A stretch of 64,000 nt of DNA from Azolla caroliniana (lineage: Eukaryota > Plantae > Polypodiophyta), in contig JBHGNT010000014.1 in NCBI GenBank assembly GCA_043228905.1, positions 14,074,001-14,138,000 on the forward strand, written 5' to 3'. The notes beneath the pieces were generated by a model, which ran no database searches, was not told the origin of the DNA, and saw only the letters and a program-made list of their open reading frames with translations. The position numbers and the translations under genes are program-made. Position 1 is the first letter of the stretch, and each line of letters begins with the position of its first letter. This document shows, piece after piece, positions 47,440-62,600 of this stretch.

Positions 47440-50400
47440 AGACTCAAACTATGATATTGGGCAAAGATGAAACTCTTTTCTTTCGACAGATCCTTTTAAC
47501 TCTTGTGGTATCCAAAAAAGCAAAGTTGTTGCAAATAGTGAAAGGGTTGTTTCATCTATTGACGAGGATTTGTCACTTAATGGTGACAAACAAGATACTT
47601 TTATGATTTCACATATGCAACCTTGCACTAAGAGAGTTGTCGAGTTGCTTTCAAAATTTCTTATAGCATTGGTAACATGAGGCTCTAGAGAATTTAACAT
47701 CGACAATAAAACATCTAGATGTACGGTTCTGATTGGGCGCCATGTCATTAGGTGGATGGAGATATATTTCTCAAAGCAATGTGATATTATGCCCACTACT
47801 GGGAGATTACATTTGTCAGATAACTTCAGTCGTCATGAGGTATACCAAGCGTATAAGGATGCCATGTTATTCGAAAGTATACCTTACATAAAATATCAAC
47901 ATTTCAATCAATTATGCAGGTTTGAATGCGTGTTTGTTATTTATATGTGCAAGTTTAAAAAGCATGCCAAAGAGTGGGAGAACAGACGATTAAATAAAGA
48001 ATTATAAGAATTTATTAAAAGAACATCAAGAAAGTCAAGTATTGGAAAGATCTAAAGCTATGCACTATTGACAACATGATTCAATAATTGGAGAAGTACA
48101 TGTGCTTCATTATAGATTGTATGGATCAAAAGAATCTACTTCACAGTTTATGCTAAGATAGTGTGCAAAGGGTGCATATAGTTAGTTGCACACAACCAAC
48201 CTACATTCCTCTTCAAATGCCTTCTTAAGGCACTTTCCTCTCACTAGGTCAAAAGAAAGGAGTTTGTTGAAACGAATCAGAAAGAACCTCAAAGAAAGCA
48301 GCGAAACATGCCACACTTTCGAAGGTTGTTGAATGTTGGAGATGAATGTCTTGTACAAATGCATTTAGTAGGTTATTTGTCATATTGTTAGACAATAAGG
48401 CCCCAAGTCTTGCTAACTTGTCCTAATATCCACAACGACCCTAATCTTACAGTGACAGTCATGCAAAGAGCTTTACAGTCTTGGCAAGGTATTCTCCCGC
48501 TAGTACTATATGTGCAACTAGACAACACGGCAAGAGAAAACAAAGAGTCGATTGTGTTAAGTTATTTAAGCATGCTAGTAGAGAGGGACATATTGAAAAA
48601 GATTAAGGTCAACTTCTTACTATCTTTTCATATGCATGATCATATAGATCAAAGGATTCGTAGGTTCTCAAAGAAATTAGCGAGATGTGATGCTTTCACG
48701 CTTCTTACACTATCAAAGTTAATCATTGAAGCTTATACCCCAAAGCCAAAAGTACAACATTTGGAAGAAGTTTATGATTTTAAATGCTTCTATGTGGATG
48801 GTGATGGGACTATATGTAGGATTCTTGCACTGCATATTAATATCAGTTTAAACCATGTCTTCCTCATAAAAAGAAGTTCTATGAGCCACAATTAGACATT
48901 GTTGTATGCCAAACAATACTCATCTAGTTCACAATGGGAGCCACAAGATGGATGAAGGCTCTTATTGCGTTTTCCAGATGCGGTAATCCATGGTATAGAA
49001 CAAATGTCGTATGATGACCATAAAATATTGGCTCCTGGTAGTTTCATTGAAAAGCAAAAGATATATTGGATGTGATGCCTTGAAGAGAAAGAGAAAAATA
49101 TTGAGCGCACCAAGAAGTACGTTGGTGATCAGGATGTTGAATGGTGGGGTAACTTCTTTAACCATCAACACACGATTTTAGATAACCGCTTTGCCAGTTA
49201 CTGGCCACTCCAAAATCAACTAAAATGGAATATTGGTGTACCATCAATGGTCAACACCAAGGTTGTTATGTACATTAGGTACGGTACGGATACCATATGT
49301 ATTTAATGTATTAATACCCGTATAGTACCTCCCAATTTAAAAATACGTTAAATACGTTTTCTTAATATGTTAAATACTTATAAAATACGTATTTTACGTA
49401 TAGTACGTTAAATACTTCTAGAATTTGAAAATTATTTATCTTTCTAAAAAATATCTATAATATTGTAAAAAACATCTATGTTTACACAATTTTGTGATGT
49501 ACAATATAGTTCTACATCCTAACATGCATATAAGACATTTGAACATTTCACATCCTAAAATACTCCTAATAATATGGATGTCGACATTCCCTTATTCTAT
49601 AAATCAGTGTAAGTGTGTATCACGATGTTCTACTTCAAATTGTAATTATTTACAATTATGACTTCATAGATTGAGGAATCGTCTACGATTATCACACTCA
49701 TGATAGGCTTCTATTTTCTTTGTTTTCTTCTTCTTCTTCTTCTATCTTCTGCGATTATGACACTCAAGACAAGTTTATGTCTTCTTTTCTCTCTTCTTCT
49801 TCTTCTTCTTCTTCTTCTTCTTCATCGTCGTCTCTTCTAATCTTCTTCCTTCCTTCCTTTGGCTTCTTTTTCACTAAAATCTTTTTTTTCTTTTTCTTTT
49901 TGTTAGGGTTTTAATTACATTTTCTTTATAAATACGTATTATACCTGTTTTTTTATAAATACGTTAAATACCGTATTGGACAAATGTACATGATATTTGA
50001 CTGAACAACATTGAGGTATAGTACGTGCTATACAAATGATGAGGTACTATACGTATTTAAACGTTAAATACGGGTACATAAACAACCATGGTCAACACGA
50101 CTTGTTTTTAGTCACTAGATAATCATGGCCTGAATAATCTAGTTCCTCAATGATAGAGATATATTTACGTGGGACCAAGAATATTCTGTGTTGCAGAGGC
50201 GAGATGGCAAGGCAATTTTTCATAAGCTACAAGTTGGTATGTTGGTTGCAAGATTAGTTAGGGGTGATGGGTTAGGTCATCCCTTTTGGATTGCTAAAAT
50301 TCTTGAAATTATTAAGGATGAAGAAGGCAATGAAGTTATATCCATTCTGGTTCATTGGTATCATACCTCTTCCCCAAATGCATTTACTGGGAAGTACTCT

Positions 50401-50740
50401 TTCAATATGGTTAAGAATGTCGAAGGCACAAGCAGATAGTGGAGAAGAAAGAATGCACCCAACACAACACGTCTACTCTCACATTGGATAATGTGGACTT
50501 ACTAGTGTATGACTTCTCCTTGACCAAAACAGGCCATCTAAGACAAACCACAATCAAGATAATAAAAGAGAAGATACCAAATGTAGCTCCCGACACAACA
50601 CAAAAATGAACAAGGACCATGTCTCATAATCACGGTGACGTTGGATTGCAATTGGATAAAGACAATGCATTGGTTGGTAGTGATGATGACGATGACACCT
50701 CAAAAAGGTCTTCTAGTTCATCGGATGGGTCTGAAGGAGA
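47440..50740 (+). pseudogene. Degenerate Sola-like DDD transposase interrupted by MITE copy 2
   Basis: CDIMPTTGRLHL..EVYQAY, LYVQLDNTARENK, KIKVNFLL.FHMHDHIDQ and PFWIAKI...VHWY motifs; many stops; family assignment from motif memory. Confidence 0.6.
49258..50090. mobile_element. hAT-superfamily MITE, copy 2 (833 bp)
   Basis: Same TIRs as copy 1; 8-bp TSD GTCAACAC at 49250-49257 and 50091-50098; colinear with copy 1. Confidence 0.92.
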
Positions 50741-50769
50741 TGGCATATCTTTGGGAAGTTATTGTTCTG

Positions 50770-53700
50770 ATATATGTTCCTTTCCACCATCTGACTGCAG
50801 GCACTTGATCTTTCTTTCTGTTTCCCTCTCCACTAAACTTTTCTGGTTTCGGAAATAGGCGAAGACTTCACTCTTCTTTTCGATGAGGTAGATTCAGGTG
50901 TGCCGGCTATAGTCGTCGATGAAGGAGACGAAGTATCGACTCTCACCTAAGCTCACATTCTATGCTTGTGCCCATACATCTGAATGTATCAAGTCGAGCT
51001 TGTTCCAGCTCCGATTTTGCTCGTTGGGGAATGGAAGTCAGTGTTGCTTCCCTAGTTGGTAGGGCTCACAAACTTGGGCCTTCCGGCCACTAAACTTCGG
51101 CAAACCGAAACAACTTGTTTCATTTGCAACTCATAAAGCTGTTGGTAGTTGATGTGGCCAATCCACTTATGCCACAAGTTGATGTGCGACTTGACTTTTT
51201 GCCCTTTGGCGAATGATGCGATGCCAACGTCATTTGTATTGAGGATGACCATCCTCCCTTCCCAACGCCCTTGCACGATGATTTGGCCTTCTTCTTCAAT
51301 GCAACACCTGAGATAGGTGAACCGGACCTACATTCCTTGGTCAACGATATGTCCAACCGACACCAAGTTTTTTGTAATTGTTGGCACGTGTAATACGTTC
51401 ATAAATCTCCCCTTTTTCTGCACCTTGACTCAGGGGGACATCGCCAACATGTTTGATAGGATGTGAGGTGTCGTCACCGGTTTTGATGACTCCAGGTTGT
51501 TCCGTGTTATGTGCACATGACGTTGGTGAGGGTAGGTCACCAATATTTACATTAGTGAAGGGTATGTTCACTAATGTTAAAAAGAGGACTAATGATTGGA
51601 TAGAAGGAATGATAGGTGTATGCACTATCATGATCTGGACAACCAAGGAATGGAGAGCCTTTTAGAAAGGCACATCTATTCAAGCGGCTTAGGAAAAGGT
51701 ATAAATATGAGGCTTAACTACCCTCATAAGGACATTACGTCGGAAGGCTGTTGTCTAAGGACTTCAAAGAACTTACCCACAACTTAGGAAGGTTTCGTGG
51801 ATGTTTTTAAGAAACAGTTTTTGCAGCCACCTTCTCAAACTGAACAAGCGCAACACTTGCTCACGTTGTCGAGTAAGCCATTTACCTCTCTCGAGGATTA
51901 TGTGCATCATGCTCGGACCCAGATCCAAAAATCGGGACTTACGGGTGAGAAATTGTTTGTTGTTGCTTTTTTAATGGTATTCCTAATGGGGATTACCATT
52001 GGATTGTCCATGACAAGGACCCCACAACGTTCGAGGAAGCCATCAACATTGTACTTCGGTACCATAGGACTTCCAAGAAAGACCACAATAAACCTGAGTT
52101 CGCAAAAACTCCGAATGTTAAATTCATTGGGAAACGTAAGCAATCCAATGACACTCTTGACCGCGACTCCAAGAAACCTAACCTCTTCTGTGCATATTGC
52201 AAGAAGTGGGGCCACACAAAGGATACCAGTCGTCATCTTGCGAGGAAGTCAATGAAACCCCCTCCTCAAGACAAATCTACGAGTCACACAGGTGAGTCTT
52301 TTGATGTTTTTGAAGTTCATACCAACCACTTAAGTTCATGTGAATGCACTTTTCCTTCACATTTACTTGGACCTAATGATTTAGTCCGAGCAGTCGGGTA
52401 TATCAATGGAACACAAGCACATTTCTTGTTTGATTCCGGTAGTTCTTACAATTTTCTTAATGATCACTTTGTGTAGCCAATGGAATTCCACATAAACGCA
52501 AGTGATCCTATCTATCAAGTTCACATGGCAAATGGAAGCCTTCAATACATCAGTGGCATTGTTTGTCAATTGCCAATTCAAATAGATACCTATTTGGAGA
52601 AGCTTGACTTTCATGTTATGAAACTACAATCCGTAGATGTCATTTTACGATACCCTTGGTTTTTTAATAAAAACCCTTCTTTGTCCATTGATTGGGTTAA
52701 TCACTCAATCACATTTGAACTTAATAATTGTAAACATTTTATTCAATGTTCCAAACTTCCTTCTCGTTCACTTGTGTCTTCTAAATCTTTAAGTGAGTAT
52801 TCAAGTTCATTAATTTATTCATGTGTAATTGATCCTGCACTTCAATTTTATTATTTTAATATTGACGCCACACCACTACCACATTATGAACAACGATTAC
52901 TCGACTCTATTTTAGATGATTTTCAAGAAGTTTTTCCTAACGAATTGCCGCTTACTTTACCACCAAAACGTAATGTGGACCATCAAATTGAACTCATCCC
53001 CGGTGCTGCTCTTGTGAGCATTCCACCTTACCAACTTAGTCGATTAGAAGAGGATGAGATCGCTAAACAACTTAAGGAATACTTGAGTATGGGCCACATT
53101 AGGTATAGTAAATCACCTTGGGGTGCACCAGTTCTATTAGTAAAGAAGAAGGAAGGTTCATGTCAGATGTGCATCAATTATCGCCGTTTAAATCAAATGA
53201 CAATTAAAAATGCATATCTGTTACCTCGTGCCGATGATTTGATTGATCATTTGCATGGGGCCCGATATTTTACGAAAATTGACTTACAGACAAGTTATCA
53301 TCATATTCGCATTGTCGAGGATGATATTCCTAAACCGCTTTTCGTACACGGTATGGCCATTATGAGTTTTTAGTCATGCCTTTCGGGTTGACTAATGCTC
53401 GAGACACATTCCAACAAGCGATGAATGACGTTTTCCGCGATTAACTCGGTGATTTTGTTTTCGTCTTCTTGGATGATATTTTGATATATAGTCATACCTT
53501 GCAAGATCATGTTCAACATGTTCGATTTGTTTTGCAAAAGTTGCGTGACAACTCTTTCTATGCAAAATATTCAAAATGTGATTTTTTCCAAAAATGTGTT
53601 GTGTACCTAGGTCATTTAATTAGGGAAAATGGTGTTGAAATTGAACCTTCTCGTATTGAAAAGGTTAAACTTTGGCCTATTCCTTGTAATATTCGTGAAC

Positions 53701-56700
53701 TATGATCATTCTTAGGGTTTGTTGGATTTTTACGAAAATCAATTCGTAAGTATTCCAAATTGACTACACCATTAATTGACGTTTTAAAAGGTCATCCACG
53801 TAAGTCTGTCAAACCAATTGCATGGAATGAAGAACTTGACAAATCATTTGAGACACTCAAAGCGCATGTGTGTCAGGATCCCGCTCGTCTATTACCGGAC
53901 CCTTCTAAGACTTTCTCAATCGAAACTAATGCCAATGATTATGCTATTGGTGTCGTTCTTTATCAAGGCGTTCACCCTATTGCTTTTGAAAGTAAGATGC
54001 TTGATGCTGCTCAGTCTCGGTACTCGGTTCAAGAGAAAGACTTGTTGCGGTAATACATGCACTTAAAACATGGAGGCACTATCTCTATGGAAATAAATTT
54101 GTGGTTACATCAGACCATCAATCATTGAAGTATTTTTGTGACTAGCTAGATCTTGTTGGTCGTAAAGGCCGTTGGGCTGACCTTATGCAAGATTTTGATT
54201 TTTCCATACGGTATTGCAAGGGTTCTATGAACACTGTTGCAGATGCTCTTAGTCACATTAAAGAAGTTAACATGATTAGATTCACGGAAATAAAATTTGA
54301 TCTTTTAGATCACCTTGAGGGAAATACCTTGATGATAGTTATTTTTCAAAATATTGGACGAAAGCCGAATCTGGTTTAGATGCCGATACTAGCACCCTAC
54401 TCTCGAAGGAAACCTTTCACATTACAAACGGTTTGCTCTACCGTAGTGGAAAGGTTTGTGTTCCAGATTTACCAAACGTAAAATAGAAAATTCTTGATGA
54501 ATGTCATGATGCAACATTTGCTAGTCATTCTGGAATACAACGTACACTCGTTCTCATCTCAAGTGCTTTTTTCTGGCCTAAGATGCGCTATGGCATGCAT
54601 AAATACATAACTCAATGCTTACAATGTCAGATTAATAAGTCGGAACGACTTAAAGCTGCGGGTCTTTTACATCCCTTAGATTTTCTGAACAACAAATGGG
54701 AAAGTATCTCGATGGATTTTATTGTTAGTTTACCTCGTACATAGAGGGGTCATGATACCATTTGGGTTGTCATTGACAGACTAACAACATTGGCTAGATT
54801 TATTCCTACGAAAACCACGGTAACCACTCAAGAATTGGCTTATCGATTTGTTGATGAGTTATTTTGCTTTTATGGATTACCGATGGATATTGTTGGTGAT
54901 CGAGATTCCAAGTTTACTAGTGACTTTTGGACTCAGGTCTTTAAGAAACTAGAAACTACGTTGAGCATGAGTTCCACATATCATCGTCAATTTGATGGAC
55001 AAACTACACGAGTTAATCAAATTATTGAGGATATGCTTCGAGCTTATGTAGAAAAAACCCCTTCTAAGTGGGAGCAATACCTTCCTATCTTAGAATTTGC
55101 CTATAATAGCTCTAAACATACATCCATTGGATATAGTCCTTTTATGTTGATGTATGGTTTTAAGCCACGTGCCCCAATTGATGTCACGATTCATCGTGAT
55201 ACACGCAATTTTTTGCAAGACATGAGCCAAATGTTGCATATTGCCAAAGTGAATGTCGAGACAGCTCAAGATCGTGCTTGATTTTATGCTGATCAGGATA
55301 GACGTCCTCGTGCATTTACTATTGGTCAAAATGTTTTTTTGCGTGTCCCTACAGACTCTACGTCATTGTCTACAAGCAAGTGCGCTAAGTTAGCCTCACA
55401 ATATTGTGGCCCATTTAGAATCCTTAAGCGGGTTGGGTCATCTGCTTATCACCTTGCCTTACCCCGTAAAGTTGGTATTCATCCTATTTTTCACATTAGT
55501 CATCTAAAACCATTTTTAGGTTCTGGTGATAACACCATCACAAATCAAGATCTTATAACATTAGAGGATTTTTCTTACAAACCTCATGTTCCGGAACGAA
55601 TTCTGGATTCTCGTACTAAACATTTACGTTCTAAAGAGATTCAGCTATTCAAGATCAAATGGATGGGTAAACCTATTGATGATGCCACATGGGAACGCAG
55701 GCATACTCTTAAGGAAAAATTTCCTCACTTTATATTGCAAGAGTGCAATCTTTTGAAGTAGGGGAGTATGTTATGTACACATAACGTTGGTGAGAGTAGG
55801 TGACCAATATTTACATTAGTGAAGGGTATGTTCACTAATGTTAAAAAGGGGACTAATGATTGGATAGAAGGAATGATAAGTGCATGCACTATCATGATTT
55901 GGACAACCAATGAATGGAGAGCCTTTTAGAAAGGCACATCTATTCATGGGGCCTACGAAAAGGTATAAATATGAGGCTTAGCTACCCTCATGAGGACATT
56001 ACGTCGAAAGGCTATTGTCTTAGACACCAGTGGTGCGGGCTAGGCTTTCGTCTCGATGATCATGTTTATCTCGTCCAAGGTATTAGTCATTCTAATATCC
56101 GGCGGTATGGGACGTCGGTGGTAGGTTGACTATGTCTAGATCATAGCTCTGGGGTGGTCGGGTGGAACGCTTCTATCCATTCTATTTTCCATATTTTACT
56201 TTAGTTTAGTCTATTGAATAGTAATAGAATCTTAACATTCCGGTTTCTGCAAATATGAGAACCACTCTTCGTGGCTCATCATATGATTCAATGCTCCAGA
56301 GTCGACATACCACACCTCATTCGGTTTTGAGGTTCTCTTCTTCATCGAATTTTCTTTGTCCTTCATCACAGAAGTTGGGCCCTTTTCGATTTTGGGTTCT
56401 TCAGACCTTTAGGCGTAGTGCGATCGTTGCCGACTTCCTTGTTCGGCTTTGCCAGACCCGGACTTGTTCGAATCAACTTTCTTCTTCCAACACTCGCTTT
56501 CTCGGTGACCTTTCCGACCACAATACCAACATTCCATTTCGGGTTTCCCTTGTCGGTTTCCGGCACAACCTTGACTCCCCCTGCTAGTGGAGGGTCCGGA
56601 ACTATTGATGGCATTTCAATTATGCCTTTGATTCTGCTCTTGTCGGCCACCACCATTGCATGCCAATCCACCTTGTATGCCACGACCATGGGGCTGATCC

Positions 56701-57843
56701 GCCTCCGTGTACAACCTCCTGTTGTTGCATTGCATGCTCCTTTACGCACCCGCATGGTTCTCTTCGACCATAAGCATCGATTGCAGGTCGAAGAATGATG
56801 GTGGTTTCTCACTTGTGCAGATCACTATCCGGATCGGCTTGTACCTATGAGCTAGACCACCGAGACATATTTGTACCATCTCGTCTCCTTGATGAATCCC
56901 AAGGCATCACATATCTCCCTAATCTTGGTGTTGAAGTCGGTCATCATCATATCCCTTTGTCGGATATTGTTGAGCTCTTGATGGAGTTGCAACTTTCGGT
57001 CCATGGTACTTACGGCGAAAATCGTTTTCCAATTTTCCCAAGCCTCCTTCGGTGTCTTCGCATCTCAAATGTAGCCTAGCATCTAGCCGTGCACAGAGGA
57101 TGCAAGGCAGTACAAGATTCTGCTTGCTGCTTGCTCCCACATCGGAAAATCCTTGTGTGCTGACTACGACACTACTTCGTTCACTCCTTCCACATAGCTC
57201 CAGTAACCGTGCCCAAGCAGGTACTGGGGCATTTTGTAGGACCAAGATGTGTAGTTGCTCCAATCGAGCTTTTTGGTTGGACATGAGCTTGTTCTGTCTA
57301 TTTTCTTCTTCTTGTTCGTTCTTGTCGGGTGTTAGGGTTTGTTTATGTTGAACGCTTGTCGGCAATAGAGGAATCTCAACCCTTGCGCTCTAATAGCATG
57401 AAAACCTTAGCGTGCAAAAGCTAAGACAAACACAACCGGCTTAGCCGGATAGTTGCAACAGAAACCATAGAGAATCAATGGAGAACACAGAGAATCCAAA
57501 GTACGTGGGATAGACTGAGAAAGAGCAGAACATAGAAAACTTGATTCAAAAATAACACTTTGTTCATACAAATGTGCTCAATGAGCACTTTTATACAAGT
57601 CCATCAAGGACGGTCAGAAGTATGGGCAAGTACTCAATGCCCATAACTGAGCTAGTGACACTAACTCCTAGGAATATAACTTCCTAGTAATCTAGGATCG
57701 TAGGCCTCTAATGGCCTATTGACTTTGCACGGATCTACTCATTGATCTGATTCCCGATTTGACTCCCAATCTGGCTTCTCGATCCGATCCAGCTCTCTTC
57801 TTGTCTAGCCAATCCGGCCCACGTTAAGCTTGCTTGCTCAACA
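50770..57843 (-). mobile_element. Element E: 3'-truncated Ty1/Copia (5' LTR 57399-57843, gag, PR, partial INT), host of F
   Basis: LTR begins TGTTGAGC like H; decayed PBS TGCTATTAGAGCGC; LWHKWIGH and IKCLQSDGG; sequence resumes across F with TSD TTCCG. Confidence 0.85.
51505..56237 (+). mobile_element. Element F: degenerate chromovirus (Ty3/Gypsy with chromodomain); 5' LTR partly deleted
   Basis: TSD TTCCG at 51500-51504 and 56238-56242; 3' LTR 55769-56237; 5' LTR only 51505-~51755; PPT GAAGTAGGGGAG; LFDSGSS, FLDDIL, WESISMDF; chromodomain PERILD..FKIKW...DATWE. Confidence 0.93.
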
Positions 57844-57959
57844 AACCTTATGCATGTGGCACCCCTTTTTGTGAAACGACCTATTTTGTGCTATTTTTTT
57901 AACAAAAAGCTCTTAAAATGAGACATATTACCTGTTTCAAATGACCTAGTGTTGATGAG

Positions 57960-59540
57960 AGTTTGATTTCATTTCGGCTAAGTGGACCGATTGAGAAGCT
58001 GAGCTGAAACGACCAATGGGCAAGTGAAGAGGAATTTGTCATCCTCTCCCCAAAGAAGAAGCTAAGGAGGTTCACTCACCGAGAGAAGAGGAAGAAGAAG
58101 ATGTCGAACTATGACAACAATGATGAGGCCACATCGGATCAGAGTGAATTTGATGGGTCCATGAGTAATGATGGCAAACCGCTAGGCCATAAACTTGGCC
58201 AATGAGAAGTTGCACCAATTGACATGCCAGAAGAACCCCATTATCCGGTATGGTTATAATGAATACATTGTGCATCATTATGCATAGAGGATTTTCGCCA
58301 AAGTCCATCCGGAGAGCTATATAGAGACATCATAGGATGCCAAGTGGCAATCGACCATGGAGGATGAAATGCGGGCACTAGCCATCAATGACACATGGGA
58401 CTTGGTTGACCCTCCCCAACACCGCAAGTCAATCTGATATCAGTGGGTGTACAAGGTAAAGTACAATATTGATGGGTCCTTCAATAGATACAAGGCCCGA
58501 TTTGTGGCCAAATACTATACACAAACCCACGACATTGACTACGACGAGACCTTTGTGCCAGTTGCGAAGATGATGACAGTCCATGTGGTACTGACAGTAA
58601 AAGTTGCAAAGAGGTGGCATCTCCACTAGATGGACATCAAGAATACATTTTTGCAAGGTGATCTTGAGGAATAGGCATACACGGTCCAACCCCCCAAATT
58701 TTGGTCCAAATTGAACAAGTTGACAATGTGCCGATTGAAGAAGTCGCTTTATGACCTCATATGAGCCCCACCAGCTTGGTATTCCAATATCATACAATGT
58801 TTGCGTAAGATGGGTTTTGAGGTCTCAAAGTCTGACTCATCACTATTCATCCAAAAGGGTCATGCAAGTCCAATTTGCATGTTCTTGTACGTGGATGACT
58901 TGGTCATCACCAACACCGACCTTGCTGAAATCAGCCACATGAAGTCCCAACTATTAGTTGCATTTGAAATGAAGGACCTCGGGGACCTTCATTACTTCCT
59001 CGGGATCAAAGTGATCCGCACCCCCGAGGGCATATTGCTAACGCCGAGATATTATGTCCTGAATATGCTATACAAGTTTGGCATGATGGATTGCTGATCA
59101 CTAATCCTCTTGACCGAACCTGTAAAGATTTGCCATGACTCAAGAGTAGCCTGCAATGAAAAATGGTTCCGGAAAATTGTTAGAATCCTGATATATTTGA
59201 CAATCAGCCGACCCGATCTCAGCTATCCAATCAACTTGATCAACCAATTCATGCAGAACCGACAATCAAGCACCTTCAATGTGCACATCAGATATTGTGA
59301 TACATCAACAACACGAAGGATTGTGGGTTGCTTATCAAAACGGCATTACCAAACAATTAGTCGGCTACACAGATGCCGACTGAGCCGGAGACGCCACAGA
59401 TCCCCAATCAACATCGAGCTTCATGTTCTCCATTCGGATTGCGGCAATCACGTGGAGCAGCATGAACCAACCAACACTTGCACTATCGAGCACATAGGTC
59501 AAATATAGAGTAGTAGTCGCCACTACATGTGAGGCTGAGT
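57960..59540 (+). pseudogene. Element G: internal Copia RT/RNase H fragment related to H
   Basis: YKVKYNIDGSFNRYKARFVAK, LYVDDLVIT, FEMKDLGDLHYFLG; colinear with 62190-63820; ends approximate. Confidence 0.85.
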
Positions 59541-59682
59541 ATAGAAGCTGAAAGGCCATAGTCTTCAAAGGTCGTAGAGCCATTTAGGACCTAGTCTTCC
59601 TAGCATTATCATAGGAATATTCTAGGTCAATTAGTTGTCAGAGCTCATAAATGAGCTCACAATACTTGTGTTAGTAATGTTT

Positions 59683-62600
59683 TGTTGAGCGGCAAGCTCA
59701 ACCGGATCCGGATCGGTGAGTCGGTGAGCAAGTCAGGCGGTGAGCTGGGGAGCTGGTTAGCTGGATCAAGCAGTAACCGAAAGTCAAGTAGCAGCTAGTC
59801 TACTAAGGAGTTAATATCTTGTAGTTAGTGTGAGACGCTCATGTGAGCATTGAAGTACATCGTACTTCTGTCAGTCCGGATGGACTTGTATAAAAGTGCT
59901 CATTGAACACATATGATGTATAGACTGAGTAGTATTTTTTGAATTGAGTTTCTGTGTGCTCTCTCTCTGTCTCTTCGGCGTACTGTTAAGCTCTCCATTA
60001 AACCTGTTTTCTATTGCTTCTGCACGTTATTTGTTTCTACATGGTATCAGAGCGCGAGGGTTGAAGACCTTTGCAATCGACATTCGCTTTTGCAAGACAA
60101 ACCCCATAGGTTGTGAGAACAGAACAATGTAAAAAATAAATAAATAGAAAATGGACAGAGGAATGGCTAGCTTGCTCCCGGTAGAGAAGCTCGACAGAAC
60201 CAGCTACGCATCTTGGTCTTACAAGATGCACCAGTACTTGCTTGGGCATGGGTACTTGAGCTATGTCGACGGAGCTAATGACACAACACTTGATGCAACA
60301 CACAAGGACTTCCCTGTGTTGGAACAATCGGCAAGTAGAGTGATGTACTGCTTCACGTCCAGTGTCGGAGACCAGCTGCTAAGCCATATTCGAGATGCCA
60401 AGACGCCAAAAGAAGCTTGGGGAAACCTGAAGAAGGTTTTCGCCGCAAGCACAACGGCCAGGAAGCTGCAGCTCAGGGAGGAGCTCAACAATATCCAACA
60501 GAAAAGTGTGTCTGTGGCCGATTACACCTCCGTCAATGTAAATGTTGACGACGAGATGGTGCAAGTGTGCCTTGGCAGGCTAGCGTTCAAGTTCGGAGCT
60601 TTCCGAACGACGGTCTGTACGAGGGAGATTACACCGTCATTTTTCGACTTACAGTCGATGCTCCTTGTAGAGGAGAACCATGCCAGTGCGTCAACAAATG
60701 CACACACCAACAGTTGGAAGAAGCGTGCCGATTCGGACAGATCTGGATCCGGCAAAACCGGTCGTGAGAACCGGCAATACTCGCACTACACAGAAGGATC
60801 AGGAGGATCCAAAACTGGAAAAGCCGGTAAGGGGCCAGCCTTGGTGATGAAGCACGAGGCAAATTGAATGAAGAAGACACTTCCAAATTAGAGGAAGTAT
60901 GGTATGTTGATTCCGGTGCGTCAAATCACATGACGAACGACAAGGAGTGGTTCTGCTTCCTGGAGAAATCGGAACAACCGGGAGTTGTCGAAACCGGAGA
61001 CGACACTCCTCACCCAATCGTGCATATCGGTGAAGTCCCTTTGAGCCACGTCGGACAGAGGGGGAAGCTGATGAACGTATTACACGTTCCGACTATCATG
61101 AAGAACCTGGTGTCAGTCGGACAAATCGTCGACCAGGGAATGTAGGTGCAGTTTATGCATCTCGGGTGCTTCATCGAGGAGGAGGGCCAGATTATTGCGC
61201 AAGGGCGCAGAAACTAGAGGATGTTCATCCTCGACACCAATGTCGTCGGCACCGCTTTGTTCGCCAAAGGACAGAAGATTGAATCGGACATCGATCTCTG
61301 GCACAAGCGGATCGGCCACATCAATTACTGGAGGCTTCAAGACCTGCAAACGAAACAAGTTGTTTTCGGTTTGCCAAAGTTGAATGGCCGGAAGGCCCAA
61401 GTATGTGAAGCCTGCCAACTCGGGAAGCAACACCGGCTTCCATTCCCCACCGAACGAAACCGTCTCCTTCATCGACGACTATAGCCAGCACACATGGATC
61501 TACCTCATTGAGTGGAAGAGTGAAGTCTTCGACTGTTTCCAGAACCTCCAAAGCATGGTGGAACGGGAATCGGAGAGGAAGATCAAGTGCCTGTGGTCAG
61601 ATGGCGGAAAAGAATACTTTTCCGGCCAATTCAACAATTATCTGCGGCAAACAAGAATTCGGAGAGAGTTCAGTTGCAGATACACACCCGAGCAAAATGG
61701 TGTGGCCAAAAGGAAGAACAGGTCGCTTGCTGACGCAGCAAGGGCAATGTTGGAAGAGAAGAGCATGCCCCATTTCTACTGGGCGGAGGTGGTCTGGACG
61801 ACTGTCTACATCCAAAACAGGATCGGTGACAAGGTGTCCGCGCATGAGATGTATTTCGGGCGCAAGCCAAATTTGCGACACCTTCGGATATTCGGTAGCA
61901 CTGCATATGTGCATGTACCGGATGAGAAGCGGACGAAGTTGGATGCAAAGTCGGAGAAATGCATCCTAGTCGGTTCCTCGCATGAGCAAAATGGGTATAA
62001 ATGTTACAACCCCCGGACGAAGCAGGTCCGAGTTAGCCAGGATGTGGAGTTTGATGAGATGGCATCATGGTATGCCTTACCGGCTCCGACTTCCGACCCC
62101 GACCCGATACCGGAGGATGAGGCTATTGAGCCTGACCAGTCCAGCTAGAAGATGATGAATCCGGGACTCAAGAAGAGAGTCCAGAATCATTTCGGTTGAA
62201 TGGGCCGAACGAGAGACTGGGTCAATCCGACCAGTCAGAAGAGGAACCGGCAAGTAGTGAAGGCTCTGCAGTGCTCTCCCCGCGCAAGGAACCAAGGAGA
62301 CGGTTCACACACAACGAGAAGGGGAAGAAGAAGATGCCGGATTATGAAACCGGTAATGATGAGTCGGATCAGAGCGGATCCGACTCCGGAAAGAAAAATG
62401 ACGGTTCTTCGGCACCAAAGATCGAACCGGCCAAGAAGTGCCTCAAACCGGGTAACGGTGGGTTGCGTCGGTCAACCTACCAGAAAGAACCTGTTAAGCG
62501 GTACGGGTACAATGAGTACATGGCGCATCATTATGCGTACATGACCAAGGTGGCAGAAGTGCGTGAGCTGAAGAGCTACATAGAAAGGGCAAACGACGCA

